The notes under the pieces: generated by a model | The model's database searches: none | What the model saw: only the letters and a program-made list of their open reading frames with translations | What the model was told of the DNA's origin: nothing | Shown: positions 56,301-64,000 of the stretch, one piece after another | Position numbering within the stretch: the first letter of the stretch is position 1 | Layout of the letters: each line of letters starts with the position of its first letter | Program-made: the position numbers and the translations under genes | From: Eubacteriales bacterium | GTDB lineage: Bacteria > Bacillota > Clostridia > Oscillospirales > QAKW01 | Reading direction: 5' to 3' | DNA: 64,000 nt | NCBI GenBank assembly: GCA_045648705.1 | Contig: JAZROO010000108.1 | Coordinates: 31,887-95,886 of the forward strand

Positions 56301-56909
56301 GGGCAAACGCTCACTGAGTTCACCCAAAATATCATTCAATCTAACAAGATTATCCTCTGTGGATTGAAGTTTTCTGGCGGCCTCGTTTTTGCGATAACGA
56401 TATTTAGAGATACCTGCAACTTCTTCAATTACCGAACGGCGATCATCGCTCTTGGGTGATAAAATCTCAGCAATCTTACCCTGACCGATAATGGAATAAC
56501 CATCTTTACCTAAGCCGGTGTCCAAAAAGAGTTCATTAACGTCTTTTAAACGAACCTGTTGCTTATTGATGAAATACTCACTCTCACCACTGCGATAATA
56601 ACGGCGAGAAACCGTCACTTCATTGTATTCAACCGGAAGTGCATGGTCACTATTGTCAATTGTAAGCGCAACCTGCGCAAACCCTTGCGGACGACGCTTG
56701 GCGGTACCGGTAAAAATAACGTCCTCCATTTTAGAAGAGCGCAGTTGTTTACCGGACTGCTCACCCAATACCCAACGAATCGCATCGGAAATATTACTTT
56801 TACCGGAACCGTTAGGTCCGACAATGGCAGTAATACCATCAGGAAATTGAATATTTATTTTATCCGGAAATGATTTAAATCCTTGAATTTCTAAACTTTT
56901 TAAATGCAA
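53340..56909 (-). CDS. smc: Chromosome segregation protein SMC
   Basis: Walker A GPNGSGKSN, long coiled coils, hinge, signature LSGGE and Walker B CVMDEIEAGLD. A probable TTG start at 56909 gives MHLKSLEIQGFKSF; the track start GTG 56918 is also possible. Confidence 0.95.
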   Translation of the reverse strand: MHLKSLEIQGFKSFPDKINIQFPDGITAIVGPNGSGKSNISDAIRWVLGEQSGKQLRSSKMEDVIFTGTAKRRPQGFAQVALTIDNSDHALPVEYNEVTVSRRYYRSGESEYFINKQQVRLKDVNELFLDTGLGKDGYSIIGQGKIAEILSPKSDDRRSVIEEVAGISKYRYRKNEAARKLQSTEDNLVRLNDILGELSERLPVLESQSKKAKQYLEYRDEKTTLDISLWMYEIERIKEGSAKLKEDYSIAAGQLSDVSKELDNIDRDISSSFTANQEINIEIENVRQAVSAAEESVAEKQAGIAVLVSRIAYMEQDILKSETEMKSIDDRRTEVSAKMDECVAQSDEKKKLIQACQEKMTALYKELDELSLKNEGQQQETRQIRDEMAQLAEQKNSLKIEAISVETQITSLKAHKEETVGNLEQKKPEVTQVVAEIEDIDSQIKECEEKLQELSNVESGIKRLSDIKLQAFERAQAELENAQNIQTQKSNRLQMLKDMEKHLEGYQGSVKMVLREAENGRLQGICGSVSQLIRVPQKYITAIETSLGGAIQNIVAKTESDAKKAIFLLKSQHGGRVTILPLDTIKGKTLTVSDFKKYSGFVGLASELVETEYPKVADFLLGRILVVDNLDNATALARKTEHKFRIVTLDGQIVNVGGSLTGGSAGQSSGLLSRGIELERVVKELSEAEALTSEKEKSALKAKEEYALADAKMEGLNAERETVNEKVLTLNHLKENKQIVLDSHQAVIQNMTDDIAQCDAAIELHSAHLQQTTVKMEELSERMLQVEKQLLSLENLSGENHEKAEKVKSDIVECQLSEGAIFKEIEGIDNIVAQYQLQLDQVTADKGDRLQAVENAKKIMQQANEEKALLEQELEACKVSIGDFANKSEALIKNRADNEKQQTMLRGLQKDKLAIKEKLLSETTRLENRLVSITEQSETLISKLMDEYNLTVTEAENKRVELDDVSASKKRATELRNKMRSLGNVNLDSIEEYADVKKRHDFLKEQVDDLTTSKRDLEKLITELLSQMKSIFTESFNMLNEQFDSIFKELFGGGRAELILEDPDDVLGCNIDIKVAPPGKIIKNILSLSGGEQAFSAIALYFAILKIRPTPFCVMDEIEAGLDDVNVARFAGYLRKFSDKIQFVTITHRRGTMEEADVLYGVTMQEKGVSKLLTINVGEMEKQLKLNVK

Positions 56910-57014
56910 ATGTCGCACACCCTTATCTTGCGCTTACACTATGGTAAGGCTATTATAATATAATTATATAATATTATAACAAAATATAATATATAAATCA
57001 ATATATTAAAACAT

Positions 57015-57042
57015 AAAAAAGTCCTCAAACGAGGACTTTTTT
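57015..57042 (-). terminator. Intrinsic terminator after groEL
   Basis: AAAAAAGTCCTC / AAAC / GAGGACTTTTTT. Confidence 0.85.
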
Positions 57043-57066
57043 ATAAATTTCTATAAAATTTTACGT

Positions 57067-59030
<1,964 letters not shown>

Positions 59031-59037
59031 TCAAACA

Positions 59038-59064
59038 TTAGCACTCTTTGCTATCGAGTGCTAA
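59038..59064 (-). promoter_or_regulatory. CIRCE operator (HrcA binding site)
   Basis: TTAGCACTC-TTTGCTATC-GAGTGCTAA is a perfect match to the consensus TTAGCACTC-N9-GAGTGCTAA. It lies 32 nt upstream of the groES start. Confidence 0.95.
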
Positions 59065-59068
59065 AAAC

Positions 59069-59096
59069 ATAATAACATATTTTTACTAAAATGCAA
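59069..59096 (-). promoter_or_regulatory. Sigma-A-type promoter of groES-groEL
   Basis: TTGCAT, 16-nt spacer, TATTAT on the minus strand, immediately upstream of CIRCE. Confidence 0.6.
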
Positions 59097-59142
59097 GTCT
59101 TTTCATAAAAAAAGTTTAAAATATAAATTTAATTTGCATTTT

Positions 59143-60276
59143 CTATTTTGTTTCGACAGGGTTTTTAAAATATTGAAAAATATTACAGGTAAGCATACCG
59201 TTGTATATCTTTCTCTTTTTGTCGGCACGCCTACCGATTTGTTCTTCAAAATCAGACTCTAAAGGTGCAATCGCATACAAACGGTGTCCCGGTAATATCA
59301 AACAATTCATCTTGTGATAAACCTCACTTGCCTGTTTGGTATCCAAAAGTCGTTCACCATACGGCGGATTGGTAACAATTACACCGCGTTCACCCTTTGG
59401 CTTAAAATCGGCAACATCGGCACACTCTGCCCACAAGCCTTTTTTAATGCCTGCAAGTGTAGCATTATGACGGGTCAATTCAACCGCTTTTTTATCTATA
59501 TCCGAAGCAAAAACGATCGGCTCTCCCAACGGTTTTCTGCGCTCAAGCGCCTCTGTTCTGATACGTGCCGAAAGCCCCATCGGTACGCAATCCCAATATT
59601 CATAATCGAATCTACGCCCAAGACCCGGCGCCATATCTGCCGCCATCATAGCCGCCTCAATAGCAATGGTTCCCGAACCACACAGTGGATCATAAAACGG
59701 AATGCCCGGTGAATATCTGGAAAGGGACACCATTGCGGCTGCAATGGTTTCTCTAAGCGGCGCAGCACCCGATTGAGAACGGTATCCTCTTTTATACAAA
59801 GCCGCGCCACTGGTATCTAAATATAGATATGCAACATCTTTAAAAATCATAAACTGAATTTGAACTCGCGGCTCACTTTCTTCAAAGTGAGTTATGCCGT
59901 AAATCCCGCCCAATCGACTGACCGCCGCTTTTTTAATAATGCGCTGACAATCAGGAATCGAATGAAGTTTACTTTTCAGTGATGTTCCCTTAACGGGAAA
60001 AGCATTAAGCGGCCCGATATAGTCCTCCAGTGGCAATTTCTTAACGCCCTGAAAAAGTTCTTCGAAACTTTCTGCCTTCCATCTTCCAAGTTCAATTAAA
60101 ACACGTTCCGGTGTTCTTAAAAACATATTTGCTCTTGCCACGGCTTCAAAATCGCCCAAGAACACAACACGTCCATCCATCACTTCGTCAATTTCATAAC
60201 CCAAACGAACAATTTCATCTTTTACAATGCTCTCAAGCCCGAAAAGGCACGGAGCCACCAATTTCATTTTTTCCAT
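59143..60276 (-). CDS. THUMP-domain class I SAM-dependent RNA methyltransferase (RlmL/YpsC-like)
   Basis: N-terminal ferredoxin-like/THUMP region, SAM motif DPLCGSGTI, and catalytic NPPYG. Confidence 0.85.
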   Translation of the reverse strand: MEKMKLVAPCLFGLESIVKDEIVRLGYEIDEVMDGRVVFLGDFEAVARANMFLRTPERVLIELGRWKAESFEELFQGVKKLPLEDYIGPLNAFPVKGTSLKSKLHSIPDCQRIIKKAAVSRLGGIYGITHFEESEPRVQIQFMIFKDVAYLYLDTSGAALYKRGYRSQSGAAPLRETIAAAMVSLSRYSPGIPFYDPLCGSGTIAIEAAMMAADMAPGLGRRFDYEYWDCVPMGLSARIRTEALERRKPLGEPIVFASDIDKKAVELTRHNATLAGIKKGLWAECADVADFKPKGERGVIVTNPPYGERLLDTKQASEVYHKMNCLILPGHRLYAIAPLESDFEEQIGRRADKKRKIYNGMLTCNIFQYFKNPVETK

Positions 60277-60329
60277 ATTTCACCACAAAAGTTTGCCGCC
60301 CAAGCAATTCAGGCGGCAAATATTTAAAC

Positions 60330-61256
60330 CTATCCCATCAATTGATTCATTCTCTCCGTCAAATCCTCAGCGGCATTATAACCCATACGTTTTTGACGGT
60401 TGTTCATCGCAGCAACTTCAATAATAATTGCCAAGTTTCTTCCGGGTTTAACAGGGATTGTCAACGTCGGCAACGGTACATCCAAAATATTTGTATACTG
60501 GGTGTCCAGACCAAGTCGGTCATACGTCTTTTCGCTATCCCAATTCTCAAGATTGATAATCATATCAATATTCGCGTGATCCTTAACTGCACCAACACCA
60601 AAAATCTGACGTACGTTGATAATGCCGACACCACGAAGTTCAATAAAATGTTTAATAAGATCAGGAACCGATCCGAGCAAAGTATCTGTGCTGATTTTAC
60701 GAATTTCAACAGCATCATCAGAAATCAACGTGTGCCCACGTTTGACAAGTTCCATTGCAGTTTCGCTCTTACCAACACCACTTTCACCAACCAATAAAAT
60801 GCCTTCACCATACATTTCAACCAAAACAGCATGACGTGTAATGCGTTTGCCAAGATATGAATTGAGAAAAGGTATAAGTTCAGTAATTAATTGCGAAGTA
60901 TGTGATGCAGTGCGCAATACTGCGACACCATATTTCCTTGCATTTTCAAGAATTGCAGGATATGGCTCCAGATCTCTGGTAATAATTAAAGCAGGAAATT
61001 TGAATGAAAACAGACGTTCCAAAGCCTCATCTTTTTTCTCAGAACTCAATCCGCCCAAATAGCTAAACTCCGCCATACCCATAATCTGCAATCTGCTCTC
61101 ATCAAAATAGTCAGAAAACCCTGTGAGCAGTAAGCCGGGACGATTAACGTCATTAGACCGAATTTTAATTTCTTCCCCATTTTCCGGCATATACAAGATT
61201 TCAAATTTATTCTTTTTTATTAGTTCACCCAAACGAAGAAAAGCATTTGGTTCCAT
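60330..61256 (-). CDS. hprK: HPr kinase/phosphorylase
   Basis: Walker A GESGVGKSE, then LISDD and the ELRGVGIINV signature. Confidence 0.95.
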   Translation of the reverse strand: MEPNAFLRLGELIKKNKFEILYMPENGEEIKIRSNDVNRPGLLLTGFSDYFDESRLQIMGMAEFSYLGGLSSEKKDEALERLFSFKFPALIITRDLEPYPAILENARKYGVAVLRTASHTSQLITELIPFLNSYLGKRITRHAVLVEMYGEGILLVGESGVGKSETAMELVKRGHTLISDDAVEIRKISTDTLLGSVPDLIKHFIELRGVGIINVRQIFGVGAVKDHANIDMIINLENWDSEKTYDRLGLDTQYTNILDVPLPTLTIPVKPGRNLAIIIEVAAMNNRQKRMGYNAAEDLTERMNQLMG

Positions 61257-61345
61257 AGACTTTCTCCTTGTTAATTTTTACTAAAAACAGTATAACATAA
61301 ATTTTCCAAAAATAAAATAATATTTTTATTTTTTTGGAAAAAGTA

Positions 61346-61374
61346 TTGAGGAAAATTCATAATTGTATTATAAT
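61346..61374 (+). promoter_or_regulatory. Sigma-A-type promoter of tRNA-Arg
   Basis: TTGAGG, 17-nt spacer, TATAAT, ending 9 nt before the mature tRNA 5' end. Confidence 0.6.
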
Positions 61375-61383
61375 AACTTCAAT

Positions 61384-61460
61384 GCGCCCGTAGCTCAGTT
61401 GGATAGAGCGTCAGACTCCGACTCTGAAGGCCGCTGGTTCGACTCCAGTCGGGCGTACCA
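61384..61460 (+). tRNA. tRNA-Arg (anticodon CCG), CCA encoded
   Basis: Folded by hand: acceptor GCGCCCG/CGGGCGT, D arm GCTC-AGTTGGATA-GAGC, anticodon arm TCAGA-CTCCGAC-TCTGA, variable AGGCC, T arm GCTGG-TTCGACT-CCAGT, discriminator A plus CCA. Confidence 0.9.
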
Positions 61461-61461
61461 T

Positions 61462-61499
61462 AAAAAATCCTGATTTGTTACTTACAAATCAGGATTTTT
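61462..61499. terminator. Bidirectional intrinsic terminator
   Basis: AAAAATCCTGATTTGT / TACTT / ACAAATCAGGATTTTT lies between the tRNA and the convergent EEP gene. Confidence 0.85.
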
Positions 61500-61503
61500 A
61501 ATA

Positions 61504-62409
61504 TTATTTATAAACCGCATATGTGATGACAGGATTGTGATCAGACATATCCATAAAATCGCCATCTTTATCCATATAATAATTTTGCATCATCTCATAT
61601 TTTTCAACATCCATAGCAGAGGTGTTTACATAGCAGAAATCCACAGTACTGCAACCATCGGAATCGATTGCCGCATCCACCGACGGTTGATAAACACCGC
61701 CGCGCATCAAATATTCAGTATGAGGTTTAGCGTCAATCTTTGCATTATAGTCACCGGTCGCAAACAGCGGTGCTTCTCCAACGGTTTCCTCCCAAAATGT
61801 CACAAGTTCTTCTGCCTCACTTGAGCGCAAGAATTCTCCCATTTCTATATCACGATTTACACCGTCGGCAGCCATTGGATTGATAGACATATGGGTATTG
61901 GTTACATACAATTCCTTGTTTGCCGCCTTATCCTTAAGTTTTACCCATTGATAATAACGGTTATAATCTTCCCAATAATATGTACATCCACTGTTTTCCA
62001 GTTCAAAACGACCCTTGCGATACAAAATCACAAGACCTGCCGCAATATTCATTTGCTTGGCGCCATATTCAAGTTCTTCACCAATAGCGCGAATTTCGTA
62101 TTTATCCGAAAGGCCTTTTTTAATAGCATCAAGCCAATTAAAACTCTGAACAGTGTCCACCTCTTGCAAACCAACAATATCAGCATCCGTTTCCAAAATA
62201 AACGGAATGATACGTTTGGCGCGTTCCTCAGGCGAATCAAACGTTTGACCGCCGGTATTATAAGACAAAATATTAAAACTCAGACACGAAATCTCTTGTG
62301 TAGAAGCAGGAGCATCTGTATTGGTATCCGCAGGTTTTTCATCAACAGGTGCACCACAGCCGCCAAGGCAAAGCAACAAAACCAATAATAAAGCAATATA
62401 TCGTTTCAT
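61504..62409 (-). CDS. Endonuclease/exonuclease/phosphatase (EEP) family lipoprotein
   Basis: Lipobox LLCLGGCG. EEP blocks: SFNILSYN, GLQEV, the TNTHMS region, GDYN and SDHNPV. Confidence 0.8.
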   Translation of the reverse strand: MKRYIALLLVLLLCLGGCGAPVDEKPADTNTDAPASTQEISCLSFNILSYNTGGQTFDSPEERAKRIIPFILETDADIVGLQEVDTVQSFNWLDAIKKGLSDKYEIRAIGEELEYGAKQMNIAAGLVILYRKGRFELENSGCTYYWEDYNRYYQWVKLKDKAANKELYVTNTHMSINPMAADGVNRDIEMGEFLRSSEAEELVTFWEETVGEAPLFATGDYNAKIDAKPHTEYLMRGGVYQPSVDAAIDSDGCSTVDFCYVNTSAMDVEKYEMMQNYYMDKDGDFMDMSDHNPVITYAVYK

Positions 62410-62477
62410 AAATTACCTCCGAAGTCTTTTTTTAATTATATAGCATTTAAAAGATAATTGCAAGGCTTTAAAATTAG

Positions 62478-62510
62478 TAATCCCGTTTTGCCAAAAGCAA
62501 AACGGGATTA
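62478..62510 (-). terminator. Probable terminator hairpin after the HAD hydrolase gene
   Basis: TAATCCCGTTTTGC / CAAAA / GCAAAACGGGATTA. The U-tract on the minus strand is weak. Confidence 0.5.
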
Positions 62511-62520
62511 TTTTGTTATA

Positions 62521-63366
62521 TTAATTCCACGGAACCTCAGAGGTCAAAAGTTGATTGAAATAAGCAATATTTTCGTTTTCAAGTGTTCCTTTATAATTTC
62601 CGGAGAGAAATGCGGCTATGTTTTGATCAAACTTTGCCCAACTCTCAACTTCTTGTTCAGGACAAATCGGGTAAAACATTGCACCGTTTGCATGTGCTGC
62701 CGCCAAATCACCGGGGGCATCACCAACCATCAATACGTGATTTTCTCCATATTCTTCGAACAAGGATGCAATAATTTCTTTTTTACTACCCGACTCTTGA
62801 CCCTTAACGGCTGTTACATACTGCAACAAATCATGTTCCGCCCATTCGCGTTCAAGCGCTTTTTGCTGGGTTGCAGAAACAATAACAATATCAGCCACTT
62901 CAGCAAGTTTCGCAAGACTCTCGCGCACCTTCGGAAACGGTGGCACATTGCGCACCAATTCCGCCACACGCTCATTTACGTTGTGAGACCACTCCAGCAC
63001 GTTGTGCATCTCATCTGACTCAGGATGTTCATCAATATACTTTTGAATTCCGTCGTTTGATAACGAAGCACCGCTCGCAACATAAGCGCGCAGTTCTTTC
63101 ATTTCAGGCACAGCAAAGCCGCGCTGTTTAACTTGGGAACGCTCTGCAAGTAAATCCAAAGACTTAAGAAGTGACAAAATACGATGAATTCCGCGGTCAG
63201 CTGAATATAAATTGGCAAAATCCCATGCATCACGGGCATATCTGGAAACTGCCTGCAAATTAAAATAGTTGATATATGCAGGGCAAAAACACTCTTTGTG
63301 CTTTACTTCCATTGTGTCAAAAACACAACCGTCAGAATCAATACATACCAAAAATTTCTTAGACAT
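62521..63366 (-). CDS. HAD-superfamily hydrolase
   Basis: Motif I CIDSDGCVFDT and motif IV MVGDAPGD. Confidence 0.75.
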   Translation of the reverse strand: MSKKFLVCIDSDGCVFDTMEVKHKECFCPAYINYFNLQAVSRYARDAWDFANLYSADRGIHRILSLLKSLDLLAERSQVKQRGFAVPEMKELRAYVASGASLSNDGIQKYIDEHPESDEMHNVLEWSHNVNERVAELVRNVPPFPKVRESLAKLAEVADIVIVSATQQKALEREWAEHDLLQYVTAVKGQESGSKKEIIASLFEEYGENHVLMVGDAPGDLAAAHANGAMFYPICPEQEVESWAKFDQNIAAFLSGNYKGTLENENIAYFNQLLTSEVPWN

Positions 63367-63377
63367 TTTTGTTCTCC

Positions 63378-64000
63378 TTAAAACAAAAATTTCTCAAAGG
63401 CTTTAGCAAGGCCGTTATCTGTGTTCAAGCAGGTAACATAGTCTGCAGCCGCCTTAACATGATCAGGCGCATTTTCCATAGCAACACCAACACCACAAGC
63501 TTCAATAACGCACAAGTCACTGGGAGAATCTCCGATTGCCATAGTTTCTTCATAAGAAATTCCAAGTGCACCCAAAACAGCGTCAACTGCTTTGAGTTTA
63601 TCAAGTCCTCGATGTGAAAACTCGAGGTTGGGGCCTACGCCCTCACGGGTATGTACAATATATCCGGTGGCACTTACTTTATCATAAATTTCCTGTTGCA
63701 GTTCTTCCGGAATACCGTAAATGTTCATTTTTTCTACACCAACATTGTTTTTAAGGAAAAACTCCGAGGGTTTCTCAACGGTAGAAAAGCAGTTGTCACG
63801 AACATACCATACATGGTGTTCGGGAACTTTGCTCATGTCGAAAGGTTCGGTAACGGATTTTTCGAAATAAATAGTTGCATTTGCGGCAATTTCATTATAT
63901 AAGCCTTTGCCTTCAACGATTTTAAACAATTCTGCTGCTTGCTCAGCAGGAATCAAATCTTCATAAAGACTCTTGTTTTCCAAGCGATCATATGCTCTGG
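63378..64000 (-). CDS. Cof-type HAD-IIB hydrolase (N-terminus beyond window edge)
   Basis: The C-terminal blocks KLKAVDAVLGALGISYEETMAIGDSPSDL..IEACGVGVAMENA are typical of Cof/YidA phosphatases. Motif I (DxDGT) is missing and the frame stays open to position 64000, so the TTG at 63983 is probably not the start. Confidence 0.75.
   Translation of the reverse strand, partial: RAYDRLENKSLYEDLIPAEQAAELFKIVEGKGLYNEIAANATIYFEKSVTEPFDMSKVPEHHVWYVRDNCFSTVEKPSEFFLKNNVGVEKMNIYGIPEELQQEIYDKVSATGYIVHTREGVGPNLEFSHRGLDKLKAVDAVLGALGISYEETMAIGDSPSDLCVIEACGVGVAMENAPDHVKAAADYVTCLNTDNGLAKAFEKFLF

Noticed and set aside
56935-57010. Very AT-rich stretch with repeated ATAATAT/TATAAT units between smc and groEL. 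I considered it as a possible repeat array or degenerate CRISPR.
   Set aside because: There are no regularly spaced direct repeats with unique spacers, only low-complexity AT sequence. It is most simply the smc promoter/UP-element region.
59152-59158. Isolated Spo0A-box heptamers (TTCGACA) inside coding regions, at 59152-59158 in the methyltransferase gene and 53175-53181 in ftsY.
   Set aside because: About eight occurrences of any heptamer are expected by chance on both strands of 64 kb. These are single, intragenic and not near promoters.
61302-61341. AT-rich palindrome TTTTCCAAAAA-N18-TTTTTGGAAAA between hprK and the tRNA promoter.
   Set aside because: The stem consists almost only of A-T pairs with an 18-nt AT loop, so it is weak as an RNA hairpin. 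It could be an operator, but I cannot assign any known motif. It is noted only.
61384-64000. tRNA-Arg followed by accessory-looking genes (an EEP lipoprotein and two HAD hydrolases). I considered it as a possible integration site for a genomic island.
   Set aside because: No integrase or recombinase is present, no direct repeat of the tRNA 3' end was spotted downstream within the window, and the genes are separated by ordinary terminators. The window ends at 64000, so an island boundary further on cannot be excluded.

Overview
This window is about 64 kb of core chromosome from a low-GC (about 40 percent by eye), Gram-positive, endospore-forming Clostridia-type bacterium. Gene order is typical of Firmicutes: rpsB-tsf, yqfC-yqfD-phoH-ybeY-era-yqzL-recO, yhbY-nadD/yqeK-rsfS-leuS, smc-ftsY, and groES-groEL behind a CIRCE operator. 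I call 63 protein-coding genes, most of them on the minus strand, and one tRNA-Arg(CCG). Two genes are missing from the supplied ORF track: a lysS truncated by the window edge and a 47-codon yqzL. Regulatory features are a clear lysine riboswitch with terminator in front of an NhaC-family transporter, a probable preQ1-I riboswitch in front of queT, a perfect CIRCE operator, several sigma-A-type promoters and about 20 intrinsic terminators. Many track ORFs begin at TTG or GTG or are over-extended at the 5' end, and I corrected their starts where an RBS supports it. I saw no transposase, integrase, phage, CRISPR, toxin-antitoxin or recognisable defence genes. This is mainly a housekeeping region, not an island, and I cannot point to a convincing new multi-gene system. 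Four items deserve a second look: (1) a Spo0A-family regulator whose receiver domain lacks all phosphorylation residues and whose promoter carries two perfect in-phase 0A boxes; (2) a 745-aa membrane protein that keeps the layout of a heavy-metal P-type ATPase but has lost every catalytic motif; (3) an acidic Cys-rich zinc-ribbon gene whose start overlaps the efp stop codon; (4) a stand-alone GMP synthase ATP-pyrophosphatase subunit inside an odd trpS-tagO-thrH operon. Function calls come from motif recognition by eye, and no database search was possible.
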